Positions 13,253 to 26,389 are shown, counted from the stretch's first letter. The stretch is 64,000 bases of DNA from the human T2T-CHM13v2.0 reference genome, Homo sapiens (GCF_009914755.1 NC_060936.1); one strand, 5' to 3'. The notes: generated by a model from the letters alone, not told the origin. Translations and numbers: made by a program.

Positions 13253-13475
13253 ATAGGATCATTGCAAATATTTGAGACATAATCGCCGAGTCCTCGCACA
13301 GAGCCTGATAGGATCATTGCAAAGATTTGAGACATAAACCCCGAGTCCTCGCACAGAGCCTGATAGGATCATTGTAAAGATTTAAGACATAAACGCCGAG
13401 TCCTCGCACAGAGCCTGATAGGATCATTGCAAAGATTCGAGACATAAACGTCGAGTCCTCGCACAGAGCCTGATA
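13198..13475 (+). repeat. 55-bp minisatellite, 5 copies
   Basis: Unit ATAGGATCATTGCAAATATTTGAGACATAATCGCCGAGTCCTCGCACAGAGCCTG starts at 13198, 13253, 13308, 13363 and 13418. Confidence 0.98.
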
Positions 13476-14639
13476 CATGGCACATGATGATCACATTTCC
13501 TTTTGCCCCTAAAATGTTTCCGTTTTCAACTGATGTGAGGGCCGCTATAAGAGACCTGAGCCCGTGGGCTTTGTCTGCAGTATGTATAAAATCATGACTC
13601 TGCTTTATACAGGATACGTTAAAGATCCATTTTAGCATCCTTTAAGTCATTGGAGGAGAACAGGGAGTAAGGAAATGAGAAACCATCTCTGAAGTTAAAA
13701 AGTTAAAGAGGAAATGTCAGAAATTCAATTTGGGTATAAGTCCTTAACTGAACCTCTGTTGCATAAAACACAACCCATCAAAAATAACTAGGGAAGGACA
13801 TTTGATCTGCGGCTCTGATTTGCCGCAGCCGCAAGTGAGAGTCATACACCAGTGACGTGGGTGCTGTCTGCTCCATGAGTTGCTGGTGGACAGGGCTTGT
13901 ATCTCCCAAGCCGGCTGCCTACTCTGAACTTGGGGTGAAGGCTACCTCTTGATCACAGTGCTCCCACAGAGAGCTGGGCTATGGCCCCTGGAACAGCCCC
14001 TCACGAAGTATTTGGTCCTCGCTGGCTCAAAGGGGTTGCTGGTAGGACCCCCTCACACTTAGACCTAGAAGACACGCATAATGAGGCTGTGTGTTATTCG
14101 GAATTTTATGGGCAGAAAGTGCCTCCCCATCAGAACTCTGAAAGCCACTCCTTAGCCAGATGTGTTTTCATCAGAGGTGGCCTTTTATTCATTTGCTCCT
14201 GCCCACATACCCCTCTCAGAATGTTCATTTATGACCCATCCAGCAGACCTGACAGGTGGGCCTCTGAAAGTGGCACCGTTTCTCTCTTTCGCCAACATTT
14301 AACCCTCTATTTTCTAGACTGATGGAAGGGCCAACGCTTGCCTTTGAACCACAGGGGAGACACCCTGATTTTCCCCCTCCAGGGGCACAGGCACAGAGGT
14401 GGCTGTCCCTGCAGAAACTTCCCTCCACATTTTCCCTTTCCGTTGGGCTTCCCCAAATCCTCATCCCTCCTTCCACAAACCCAGACCCTGCCTGGTCTCA
14501 TGGTTGTGGAGAATTAACTCAGGGGCAAGAAGGCTGGATAAGGAGATAAGTGAGGAAATAAGAGAAATAAAAATAGAAATGCCACAGCAGGGATCTCGTG
14601 GCAGTACCCACTCTGGGCTGGGATTGTTCTACACGTGTG

Positions 14640-14760
14640 ACAGGCGTTAAGTCCTCCCATCTTCTTGATAACACTGTGAAGTAGGTTTCATTCTTATCCC
14701 CCATCTTTTAGATGAGGACATTGAGGCAGAGAAAGGGGACACATTTGCTTTACATTCGCT
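14640..14760 (-). mobile_element. MIR fragment
   Basis: acactgtgaagtagg...tatccccatcttttagatgaggacattgaggcagaga. Confidence 0.7.
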
Positions 14761-14771
14761 CTGCTAGATCA

Positions 14772-15164
<393 letters not shown>

Positions 15165-15527
15165 AAAACTGGGAATGGGAATGCAGTGGGTTGTGCTGTG
15201 CAAAGCTCTCAGCAAAGCCCCAATTCGGGAACCCGCAGGACAAGTAAGCATGTGTGCATGCTGTCCTGAGCTGAGCCTTACCTCTAGCAGGGATGCTGGC
15301 GTGGAGGTTGCCCCAGATCTGGGGCTTCTGCACCAGGAGGTGTGGATGCCTCTGGTTGGCTGTCCACCTGGAGCACCAGGCTTGGGAAACCTGTGCCTGG
15401 GAGGGAACCGCACACCCAGTGCTTTGCCCTGCAAGGCTTTGAGTAACTGAGTTCCATTGTAGACTCCTCCGGCAATTCTAAGGAACCAAATTGTTCTCAA
15501 TTCATTATGATGAAAAACAAAAATCAC

Positions 15528-15812
15528 CTGGGCACGGTGGCTCACACCTGTAATCCTAGCACTTTGGGAGGCCGAGGCGGGTGGATCACGAGGTCAGGAG
15601 TTCAAGACCAGCCTGGCTGACACGATGAAACCCCGTCTCTGCTAAAAATACAAAAATTAGCTGGGCATGGTGGTGGGGGCCTGTAATCTCAGCTACTGTG
15701 GAGGCCGAGGCAGGAGAATCACTTGAACCCAGGAGGCAGAGGTTGCAGTGCAGAGATCACACCATTGCACTCCAGCCTGGGCAACAGAGTGAGAATCTGT
15801 CTAAAAAAAAAG
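15528..15812 (+). mobile_element. Alu (AluSg-like)
   Basis: Alu dimer; perfect TSD ACAAAAATCAC at 15517-15527 and 15813-15823. Confidence 0.95.
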
Positions 15813-17852
15813 ACAAAAATCACGGAGGCAATTTTTGTGTGTGGAGACGTGGGTGTTTGTGCAGGCCAGCTGCCCGTGCAGGCGGGAGTCGCCCTGCCTG
15901 GCTCCAGGAACCCCAGACCCAGCTTGCTCCTGGGCAGCCGTGCCCGGCCGTCACCTGTGCCCTTCCCCGCCCTCTGGTGGCAGAGCTTAGAAATGTCCAC
16001 TGGCTCCTTGGCCGGCAGGTTCCTGTATGGGTCTGACTTAGTCCCAAGAGGCCAGGGCTTCTATTTCACCCAGGGGATCCCTCCACTTCCAAGAGCCCGA
16101 GCCCAGGAAAAGCGTCTGGGCCAGTGGCTTCCTCTTCTGGGATCCGTGGTGTCAGTGTGGAGAGAGGAAGAGGCTTTTCTTGGGCTGGCGTGGCCAACCC
16201 AGAGAATACAGGGCCAGGCAGGGCTGGAATGCCAGGGCGGCCAGGTGGGGCCTCTGGTGATCCGAAGACCCAAGGGACGGCGCCTCCCTGACTCCAGCCA
16301 ATGGCTGCCAGGCAGCGAATCCAGCCTGCTGTTGCCCCAAATCTTAACTTTTCTAAAGAAACTAAGAATCTCAGTTTTTATGTGCTGTCTCTAATTTTAA
16401 AGAAGTGGCATCTTCCCTCCCTCTCTTCTTCCCCTTGTCTCTTCTCTCTTCCCTCTCTCCCTGCCTCTCTGTCATTCTTTTAACTGCTGTGTGTGCAATA
16501 AACTGTCCGAGGGCCAGTGAGGCCCCCTGGGCCTAGAGTTTGAGACTGCTTCCCTGGAGAAGGTGTCGCTGAGTCTGAGCTCCGCAGCCTCTGACCAGCT
16601 TGGACCAGCACTGGGCTGGGAGCATGTGTTCCGGGTGAGAGAGGGCCCCGCAGGCCCTGCCATCACCTTGCTGTGGGGGCCACCCCAAAGAGGTACAATC
16701 ATCCTCCAAGGAGGCTTGGGCCGTGTGCTCTGTGCAGCTGACGCCGGCTGGCTTCACTCCTTCCCTCCACTTCCGGGCGCTGATTTTGTGTTGTTTATTT
16801 CGGTTGCCCTAGTTTTGATGCAATAACGGGGAGGATCTTGTTTCCACTTCTTAACAGAGTGTTGGTTTCACACGTAGCTTGAGGAAAACAGTGGCAGCTG
16901 GCTAAACACATACCAGATTCTGAATTCACAGGAGGCTGCTCCAAAAGAAGTCTGTGCGGGCAACAGAAGACCGTGACAGTTTGTATTTTGCCAGACTCTG
17001 TGGCTACCTTCACACCCTGCAAGAGTCCCCCTGGGAGAGACAAAGACCAGAGACCCTGGCGAGATGCAGAAATGAGTCCGGGGTACCCAGGGGGTTGGCA
17101 GCCTGAGCTCCAAGCGGTGCTAACTCCTTTACTTTGTTCCTACTTCATTCATTCATTCATTCATTCCATACTTAGTAAGCACGCCCAAATTCCAGATACT
17201 GATCTGGGCACTGGGGACAAACAAGATAAAGTCCCTCTTTCCTGGGCTGCCCAGTCTAGTAGGAAAAGAGAGACACTAAGCAAAGAAAACAGCAAAAAAC
17301 AAAGATCATTTTGGAGATAGCAGGAGGAGCCATGAAGACAGTGCAGTGGAGGTGGATGGGGACAGACGGGGACAGATAGGGATGGGGTGAGAGCTGCTTC
17401 CGCTGGGACGGTCAGGAAGTAGGCTTCTGTCAGAGCACATCATCTTTCTCCAGAGAGCTCAACACCACCCAACACCGCATGCCTGCATTCTGTTTTCTCC
17501 CACCAGAACATAGGTACCATGCTAGCAGGAACTCTGCTTTATTCACAGCCACCCAGAACAGAGCCTGGCACATAGTAGGTGCTCAGCCAATGTGTTGATC
17601 ATGGAGGGAGCACTTGCATCATGAAAAGCCTCCATGAGGATTTGGGGAAGAGCATCCAAGAAGAGGACATGGCCAGCCCTGTGCCTCTGAGTTGGCATAA
17701 ACATTCCATGCTGGTCTATGTGGCCAAAGGCAGGGGCACACTGAGTAGGGGGCATTGGATGAATCCAGGTAGACACAGGCCAATTAAGGCCCAGCCCTCA
17801 CCGCATTAAGAAGCTTAGATTTTATTCAAAGAGAAGCTGCTGAAGGGTTAAG

Positions 17853-18165
17853 TTTTCTTTTCTGTTTTGTATTGTTTCATTGTGTTTTGTGTGTGGCAAG
17901 GTCTTGTTCTGTCACCCATGCTGACGTGCAGTGGCGCAATCATAGCTCACTAAAGCATTGAATTCCTGGGCTCAAGCAATCTTCCCACCCCAGTCTCCTG
18001 AGTATCTGGGCTACTGGCATGCCCCACCATGCCAAGCTAATTTTTTCACGGAGATGGGGTCTTGCTCTTTTGCCCAGGCTGATCTCAAATGCATGGGCTC
18101 AAGTGATCCTCCCACTCCAGCCTCCCAAAGCGCTGGGATTACAGGTGTGAGCCACCACACCCGGC
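17853..18165 (-). mobile_element. AluJ
   Basis: Antisense Alu with a degenerate T-rich tail; atcatagctcac, cctgggctcaagcaatc. Confidence 0.9.
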
Positions 18166-18167
18166 AG

Positions 18168-18679
18168 GTTATTCGTTTTCTGGGCTACTGTAATGGAGCG
18201 CCACAACTTTCTTGGCTTAAAAATATTAAGAATTGATTACCTTATAGTTCTGGAGGCCAGAAGCCCACCATGGGCCTCAGCGGGCAGAAAGCAAGGTGCT
18301 GGCAGGGCTATGTTCCTCCTGGCAGCTCCGGAGGCAAATGCGTTTCCCTGCTTTTTCCAGCTTCTAGAGGTGCCCATGTACCTTGGCTCCTGGCCCCTTC
18401 CCTATTCTGCAGAGCTGGCAGCTGTGGGTGGGTCCTGCTCACTTTGCATCCCTGCAGCCTCCTCTGCCACCTCCCTCCTCCACCTCTAAGAACCCCAGGT
18501 TACATGGGGAGCACCCAGTCACTCTGGATGATCCTCCTGGCTTACTATCAGCCGACTGGCCACCTGCCTCCACCTGTAGCCGCACCTCCGCCTCCCTCTC
18601 CCTGCAAACTTACGTATGCACAAGCTCCACGGATTAGGATGAGGCCCTCTCTAGGAGAGGGGACATTATTCTGTCTACA
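18168..18679 (-). mobile_element. MLT1D/E solo LTR
   Basis: ttatagttctggaggccagaag...ttttccagcttctagagg...ggggacattattctgtctaca. Confidence 0.8.
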
Positions 18680-19023
18680 GGGTTTTAGTTCAGACAGGGA
18701 CAGAATCTGATTTCTGATGTATAAAGATCCCTCTGTGCTGAATGGGGAAATGGGTCACAGCCTGGGAAGAGCGAAGCCGGGAGCCCAAGAAAAGGCTGTG
18801 GCGCTGTCCAGGTGATCTGCACAGGTGGCCTGGACTGAGTGGTGGCCATGGAGAGAAGATACATGGTTGCTTTTAGACACAGGCAGATACAGGGTTGCTT
18901 TTAGAATCAGATCATCTTCTAGCTTCCCAGGCTTTTATGTTGAAGCTGTAATTTGAAGAGTTGTGTGCTGTCCTCTTGGTGCATTTTATCAGCTTCCAGT
19001 GAGTGGAGGCTGATGCCTTAACG

Positions 19024-19184
19024 CTGCGGTTCTCAAAGTGGGGTTCCTGGGCCAGCAACATCAGAACTGCCCTGAGAAGTTCTTTGGAAATGCAAATTCT
19101 CAAGCCACTCTAATGGAGGGACTCCTGCAGTCACCCTCCCTCCAAGTGGTGGCCATACAGTATGCCACAGTTTGAGAACCACTA
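19024..19184. mobile_element. MER5A hAT-Charlie element
   Basis: TIRs ggttctcaaagt...agtttgagaaccact; internal gaaatgcaaattctc. Confidence 0.8.
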
Positions 19185-19534
19185 CGGTAGGATTGGTGCT
19201 AACACTTAAATCCTAACTCCACTCTGGCGGCTGGCCAGCAGGATGGCCTTGGAGGAGTGGCCTGAAGGCCAGGAGACCCTTTCTCATCATTTTTCCGACA
19301 ACTTACTCAGCATCCTTTGCAGGAGTTGAGGGCAGACCTCATGTGAGAGGCTCACTGTGGTGGGATGGAAGAGGCGTCCCTGACTCCCTCCTTTGCACGT
19401 GTATGTTAAGTGGGCACATGTATTCCCCTCAGGAAAGGTACCTTCAATATCCATCAGCTTTCCCCGAGGACCCCAGAGCCCAGCAAAAGATTAAGTAGCC
19501 CTGGTCTGTGTGCTAGACACGGTGAGGGAACCAT

Positions 19535-19795
19535 CCTAGTTAGCATTTAACGAACACTTTCTGCATATTGGATTCTGTTTTAATTGTTTTATATGCATTG
19601 ACATAGTTCATCCTTATGAACTATCCATCATGAACCAGCCTTAGGAGGTAGGTATTGTTAGTATCATTGTCCCCATTCCACAGATAGGAAAACTAAGGCA
19701 CGAAGAATGAACCTCCTTGCTTTAGGTCACACAGATGCCAAGTGGCAGAAACAGGATTCACAAACCTTCAGAGCCTGTGCATTTTGTCCCCACAC
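19535..19795 (-). mobile_element. MIR, near full length
   Basis: aggtaggtattgtt...ccccattccacagataggaaaactaaggcac...aggtcacacag...ggattc. Confidence 0.8.
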
Positions 19796-19806
19796 AGACT
19801 TTAGAC

Positions 19807-20020
19807 CAGGGGTCTGGCAAACTAGAACCCTTGGGCCAAACCCCTGCCGTCTGCTTTTATATGGCCTTCGAACTAAGAATAGTCTTTATATTTTTTAATG
19901 GTTTCATTTTAAATGGTTACATAAATACTTACATAGCATCCTCAATTTTGCCTCTTGTCATAAAATACCTACTATCCACTGATATCTATGACCTGAACCT
20001 CTAATTAAAATTTGCACTCT
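19807..20020. mobile_element. MER58-family hAT element
   Basis: CAGGGGTCTGGCAAACT terminus; aactaagaatagtctttatatttttt. Confidence 0.65.
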
Positions 20021-20032
20021 CCCCCACCCTCT

Positions 20033-20042
20033 GCTCTCTCTG

Positions 20043-20080
<38 letters not shown>
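20033..20080. repeat. (CT)n microsatellite
   Basis: Directly visible. Confidence 0.95.
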
Positions 20081-20082
<2 letters not shown>

Positions 20083-20336
20083 AGATGTGTGGATGCAACA
20101 CAGACCCTTTTCTCTATGGAGACAGGGAGCTCCGTGCTTTGAGATACCCTGGTGGGGATTTCAATAAGCCTCTGCAGCAGCTCCTGGGGGGAGGTGGGTT
20201 GTCACTGCCACTTCATTCATCAAGAAAGGCTTGAACCGGTGGAGCCACTTGCCCAGGCAGCCGAGTTTACAAGTGAGGAACTGCACCTTCATCGTGCCTG
20301 ATGCAAAAGCATATTCCTCCTTCTCAACTGCCTGCC

Positions 20337-20514
20337 TGGTTTGAAAGAGCTTATATTCCAGTTTCTCAAATAACATTTGAGTGTGAGAGAGCCTGACCCC
20401 AGAACGTCATGGAGGAGCACAGTGTGGTTTGAAAGAGCTTCTATTCCAGTTTCTCAAATAAGATTTGAGTGTGAGAGAGCCTGACCCCAGAACGTCATGA
20501 AGGAGCAAAGTGTG
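20337..20514 (+). repeat. 88-bp tandem duplication (2 copies, 4 mismatches)
   Basis: TGGTTTGAAAGAGCTT... begins at 20337 and at 20425. Confidence 0.97.
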
Positions 20515-20665
20515 TAGTCCAGGTGAAGGATGGGGAGGAGACACAGGGAGAAGGAAGGGCCAGTGTTGGCCAAGGGTATCAAAGAAGACTTCCTGGAGGA
20601 GGTGGGGTAGCAAAGACAGGCAAACAGGTGATATTCAAACTTTCTTATACAAAAGGATATTATTT

Positions 20666-20896
20666 CAGGGGTATCCAATCTTTTGGCTTCCCTGGGCCAC
20701 ACTGGAAGAAGAAGAATTGTCTTGGGCCACACATAAAATACACTAACACTAATGATAGCTGATGAGCTAAAAAAAAAAAAAAAAATCACAAAAACATGTC
20801 TTAATGTTTTTAAAATGTTTACAAATTTGTCTTGGGCTGCATTCAAAGCCATCCTGGGCCACCTGCGGCCTGCAGGCCGTGGGTTGGAGAAGCTTG
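20666..20896. mobile_element. MER30 hAT-Charlie element, full length
   Basis: CAGGGGTATCCAATCTTTTGGCTTCCCTGGGCCAC...GGGTTGGAGAAGCTTG. Confidence 0.92.
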
Positions 20897-21956
20897 ATTG
20901 ATACGTTTCTCTAGCTAAAAGCTGCATGATGGTCTCTAACCTGAGGCATAGATGTATCAAGGTGCACAAACAGTGCGAATCTGCTAGTTACAGAAACCTA
21001 AAAATGGGTGGTTCAAACAAAGTTGGGATATTTTTCTTGCAGAACAAAAAGTCCTGAGAGATGCCTATCATGGCATGCAACTTGTCCTAAGCATCATTGC
21101 TTTAAAATAGTGCTTTATTGACCCCTACTTGTTCTAGGAAATGACGATCCACAGTCAACCTATAACACTGAACAATCTTCCTCTTTTGAAATATCCTGAA
21201 ATTGCCCCCCTTGCTCACTTGCAGCTAATCCAGGGCCGTCAAATGTACATGAAGACCAATTGGAAAGTCTCTCCCCACTTTCAGAATTCCCAACTTCATG
21301 GGACCCTTGCCAGTCAGACACGTCTCAGGATTTCCTCTTTTACTCTATAAAATAGACTCTCCTTCCTAGAACTCTTGAATCCTTGCTGAAAGGAAATGAC
21401 AGACAACAGGCTTCACCACCACAAGCTCATGAATTAACAGCCCTTGTTTATTTTGCTGCAGAATCAATTTTGTCTTTGATAGCACCGTGTTTGGCAGGAG
21501 GTTATATTCCAATTTCAGTGTTTGGCATATATTAACATAAATATATGTGCGTCCAACATCTCTTAGCTTTCTTCTGTGACAGGAAGGGGTTGCTAGATGC
21601 TGGGCTGAAGGAAAGGAGTTTTGTGTTTGGCAGCCTAGGCTGGCATGATGCTTCGAGGTGCCAAGGGGGACCCAGTTCCTGCTGTTATTCCATTCAGTTA
21701 TCCTCAGCATGAGCTTCTTGCCTCATGGTCACAAAAAGGCTGCTCCATCTCCAGCATCAGATCAGCATTGCAATCAGGCAAAAAAGAAAGGGCGAATGGG
21801 CAAAGGTACCTGATGATGACTCAGCCGTGCTCCTTTTAAGGTGCTATCCTTGAAGCTCCACCCAACAACTCCCTTTTGTAGCTCCCGGCCTGGATATTGG
21901 CACACAGCCATCTTTAAGTGCATGCGAGGCTGAGATACACACTTCTTTAAAGACGG

Positions 21957-22296
21957 TGTATTAGTCCGTTTTCACACTGCTGATAAAGGCACACCCAAGA
22001 CTGGGTAATTTACAAAAGAAAGCAGTTTAAGGCACTCACAGTTCCATGAGGCTGGGGAGGCCTCACAATCGTGGGGGAAGGTGAAAGGCGTGTCTTACAT
22101 GGCGGCAGACAAAAGAAGAGAGCTTGTGCAAGGAAACTCCACTTTTAAAAACCATCAGATCTCATGAGACTTACTACCATGAGAACACCACAGGAAAGAC
22201 CTACCCCCATGCTTCAATTATCTCCCGCCAGGTCCCCCCAACAACATATGGAAATTCAAGATGAAATTTGGGTGGAGACACAGCCAAACCACATCA
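21957..22296 (-). mobile_element. THE1A/B solo LTR
   Basis: tgtattagtccgttttcac...cagccaaaccacatca; TSD GACGG / GACAG. Confidence 0.93.
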
Positions 22297-23094
22297 GACA
22301 GCCATATGGCATTCCCCAAGAACATACGGATTCCAGACACAAGAAGAAAACTGATCCTGGGAAGCCAACAGCATCCTCTGCTGGGTACTCTCTGGGCTTC
22401 TTTACAGGCAGGAAAGGGAACAAACTTTTGTAAGGACTTTTAATAACATGGCTAGGCACAAAAAGGGGGTTGCCAGAGATGTAAAGCAAGCACAACTTGG
22501 GTTAACCCATCTGAACTGCTGGGTACTCACAAAGGAAAAAGTCCTTTCCTTCAGCCCAACATCTAGTGACTCCTTCTTGTCACAGAAGAAAACTAAGAGA
22601 TGTTGGATGCTCGTATATTCATGTTAGGTGCATCACCTTTTCTCTTCTTTGAAGATAGATATTTAAGAATAGCAAAGAACAAGTAGGGAAAAAATAAGAA
22701 ATTCTACCTTTAAAGTGTGTTGTGCACCTGTCGGAAAACCATACGAGCCATACACGGGATAGTATATATATCTGGTCTCTTTTCAGCCAGCCAAATCGGG
22801 TAATAGCAGCTCTGTTGCCAAGGGACACTCTCTTAAAGCAGCATGTTAATTGCACAGCTAATGTGTGAGTACACTCTCCCTTATTTTCCAAAAAAAAAAA
22901 AAAATCTAGTAAAGCTAAAACACATGTGACCATCCCAAAGATCTCATCTCCCTTCTACTCCTCTTAGGTAATCACTTTTGTAAGTGTGATTTACTATTTA
23001 TAATTTTTTTCTAAACATTTATGTATATGTGTGAGTACATATTTACACACAAACACACATATAGACATATATACAATCATAGCGTTGTGTTTCA

Positions 23095-23345
23095 GTTTCT
23101 TGTTATTGTAACATAATTATTATATTAAATTTATTAATATTTTATGGTAATAACAGAATACTAAATCATATTTAATTAAATATATAGTTCATTCATTTTA
23201 ATATATTAAAATTAATTTAATAGAATATTAAACTATACTATTATATATAACTACTAATATCAATATAGTTGTTTTAACATAATTGTTTTAGCATAAATGA
23301 TATGTTCCTTATGTGATAATTGTGTAATAATGGTAACTATCTACA
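23095..23345. repeat. Extremely AT-rich low-complexity tract
   Basis: Directly visible. Confidence 0.8.
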
Positions 23346-23423
23346 TAATATCCACTCTCGCCTCCCTCCTTACTTACAGAATACTAAATTTGTTGGAGGT
23401 GGCAATGTGCCCAGTTAAAAACA

Positions 23424-23790
23424 CAGATGCTTCTCTACTTATGATGGGGTAACGTGCTGATAAATCCATTGTAAATTGAAAATATTCTAAGTTTGAAAAT
23501 ACATTTAATACACCTAACCTATGAAACATCGCAGCTCAGCCTAGCCTGCCTTAAACGTGTTCAGAACACTTACATTAACCTACACCTGGGCAAAATCATC
23601 GAACACAAAGCCTGTTTTATGATAAGGTATTGAATATCTCATGTAATTTGTTGAACGCTGTTCTGAAAGTGAAAAGCAAAATGGTTGCATGAGTATTCAA
23701 AGCACAGTTTCTACTGAACGGGCATCACTTTCACACCGTCATAAAGTAGAAAAATCCTACGTTGCAGTATCCTAAGTTGGGGACCAACTG
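23424..23790. mobile_element. MER47A-like TcMar-Tigger element, full length, inserted in an old MLT1 LTR (~23350-24110)
   Basis: CAGATGCTTCTCTACTTATGATGGGG...CCTAAGTTGGGGACCAACTG termini; MLT1-like sequence on both sides. Confidence 0.85.
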
Positions 23791-24297
23791 CAATCTCCTG
23801 CCTAGACCTCCTTGTGGTGCAATTATGAGCCAGGATGGGAAGAATATATAAACTGATGTTCACCGAGTTACCGGAGTCAATAAAAAAAAAGGTTAAGTAA
23901 ACAGACTTACCTAATACAGACATTTTGCCCTTAATTTGTTTCTCCTGGAACTCAGATGCAATGGCTGGATGGGTAGCAGCTTTGTCGTGGTCATAGGCAT
24001 GAAGCCCTTTAGTAGAGTTGGTGGTACAGAAAGATACATGGATGCGGGGTCCTTAGTGAGTTCATGGAGCCGTTGAATAAGCTCTGGGTAGTGTTTCTCT
24101 AAAGTTCTGTGGGGGAAAAAACTACAAAGAAAACATAATTATTACAAATACTTGTGGTTATTTGTTTTTACATAATTGACATTGTTCTGTAACTTAGTTT
24201 TCACCCAATAACACTTCTTGGAGATCTTTCTATGCCAGTACATGTAGTTCTCCTTTCCAACTGCTTCCTAATAATAGTAAAAAAATAATAGGTAGTT

Positions 24298-24562
24298 GTA
24301 AGTGGGAGTTGAACAATGAGAACACATGGTCACAGGGAGGGGAACATCACAGACTGGGGCCTGTCGTGGGGGTGAGGGGCAGGGGAAGAGAGAGAATTAC
24401 AAATGCTCGCATGCATTAGACAAATACCTAGTGCACGCGGGGCCTAAAACCTAGATGACGGGTTGATGGGTGCAGCAAACCACCATGGCACATGTATACC
24501 TATATAACAAACCTGCACATTCTGCACATGTATCTCAGAACTTAAAGTAAAATAATAATAAT
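24298..24562 (+). mobile_element. L1PA 3' end (5'-truncated) with a (TAA)n tail
   Basis: aagtgggagttgaacaatgagaacacatgg...gcagcaaaccaccatggcacatgtatacc...cttaaagtaaaa; flanked by aataataggta repeats. Confidence 0.92.
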
Positions 24563-24564
24563 AA

Positions 24565-24800
24565 TAATAATAGGTAATGTTTTTGAGGACCTATCATGTG
24601 CCAGGCATGACTGAGCACTTTGTATTTAGTAAGTTGTTGAATCTTCAAAATGGTCCCAAGAGGAGTGTGCTATTAAGAAGCTCCTATAGATGGGAACAGA
24701 GGCACAGACAGGCTAAGTGAGCACCCACCATCACAGCTAGGAAGTGGCCAGGCTGTGATTGGAGCCCGGTGGGCTGGCCCGGAGCTGCCCTCTCCACAGA
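24565..24800 (-). mobile_element. MIR
   Basis: tgtgccaggca...agatgggaacagaggcacaga...atcacagctaggaagtggc. Confidence 0.7.
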
Positions 24801-26389
24801 GCCCTATCCTCTGTATCTCTTCTCTTTCTTTCTTCACTGCATTCTCTCCTGGGGTTTGCTGTGTTCAGGCAGTTTACTGTGGATAGCCTCTTCTATTATT
24901 TCCAATCAGGCGCAAAGCTGCAGTGGACACCTTAGACATGTCTGCCTGTGCCCAGGAGTGAGAGTGACCCTAGGTTAGCCACTGACCAGGGAGCATCTTA
25001 GGTCAGCGGATGGCACTCAGAGGCTTCAGTGCCTTCCAATCAGGTGCCCCCACCATACATCAGCAGCTGTGACCCCTGGCAGCTACTCCCCACAGCCTCA
25101 CTGGCCCCAGGGTGGGGGAGCCTTCTAGTAGTTGGGCTCAGGACATCTCTCTGCCACTCCCCCACGGGTAGAAGGTGGTTTCTCCCCCTTCCTCCAGCAT
25201 ACTGTGTCTCCACCTGTGCCCAGGGGCCATAGGGTTTGCTTAACCTGAAGGCTTTGGTCCCACAGAGGGGAGAGAAAGGTCTGGTTAGGGCTTCGCCGTG
25301 TGTCTTCTAACATGGTCCATTCTGTCTCCCTTGTGAGTGCCTTTTTTTGTGGTTTGTGAGTTTGCAAAGGAAGGTGCATCTTTCTGGAGCAATTGCAACG
25401 GTCAGGGGCCTTCAGCACCCAGCTGCAGCAGTGTAGCAAGGCAGGCAGCAGTGAAAGGTCATACGAGGGGGTCTATATTCCATAGAGAAACTTACAAACC
25501 ACCATAAAGCAGAGCAAAAGTGGGTCTGCTTTTTGCTCTTACTGTGGGTTTGCAATTTGAAATAACAAGTTGGTCCCCATGGAGGTGGATTGCACTCGCC
25601 CCTCCCCTTGGGACATTGCCTCCTCCAAGGCCTGGGTCCCAAAGCTTTTCTCTTCTTCTTCTCTTCTGCGTTCCAACCTTGCACTCCTGCAGCGTGGAGT
25701 CCTCCTGCTTCTCTCCTCACATGGCCACCTTCTGCTTCTAAACAATGATTAGGGTGCAAGTCTGCCCTCACCTGTCATGTCATACGCCCATGCTGTCTTC
25801 TTCCCATCTGAGCCCTTCCCTATTGCGACTGGCCACCTCCCCTCTGCTCAGCCTCCCACGAGTTTGATAAACACAGTTTAATTGTCTGTGTGCTCCCTAC
25901 AGAAGCAAGGCAGCATGGGGTACAGACAAGCCTCTTAGTTAATGTTGATGGAGGGAAGACCATTCCTTATCCTATCCCTCTGTTGATTTTTTTCCCCCGA
26001 TTAACGTTAAGACCGAGATGGATGTCTTGCTGGTGCAATATTAAATAAGAACCACGATAAGCTCAGAGGCCTCATCCATCAGAGCGGATGCTGAGCATCA
26101 GTCAGTTAAGAATGACAAGAAGGCATCTCAGCCTGGCTCAAGCCATGGAGGAGAAAAGTACAGGGGCCTCCAGCTTCAGGCACTGCTGGATTCAGGGGCT
26201 CCATCTCCTGACCTTTCTTTCCACGATGCTAGCTGTACATACGTGCAAGCTGGCATTCAGCATCTCTAGACTGACCTGGGCATCAGCCAGTGATAGTTCT
26301 GCAACCTTTGTGTCTACCAAGGACTGACACTCTCTCTCCGCAGGGAAAAATGGAGCTGGAGTGAGTTACGGATTTGAAATAAAGCCTGG

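Larger units (their letters stand above)
17143..18905 (-). mobile_element. L2 LINE 3' region split by nested inserts (+ strand L2 tail ~17450-17600, AluJ, MLT1)
   Basis: (TTCA)n L2 tail at 17143; L2-like segments at 17143-17430, 17620-17850 and 18680-18905. Confidence 0.65.

Noticed and set aside
13198-13475. Regularly spaced repeats resembling a CRISPR array
   Set aside because: Units are contiguous with no unique spacers, there are no cas genes, the context is eukaryotic and the unit is MIR-derived.
15723-16394. 223-aa ORF
   Set aside because: It starts at a non-ATG codon inside an Alu and continues through GC-rich sequence with no domain-like content.
18857-18905. 21-bp direct repeat with period 28
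   Set aside because: Trivial slippage within an L2 remnant.
21100-21500. LTR-like segment with a TATA-like CTATAAAA
   Set aside because: I could not identify termini, TSD or family with confidence, so it is not listed as a feature.
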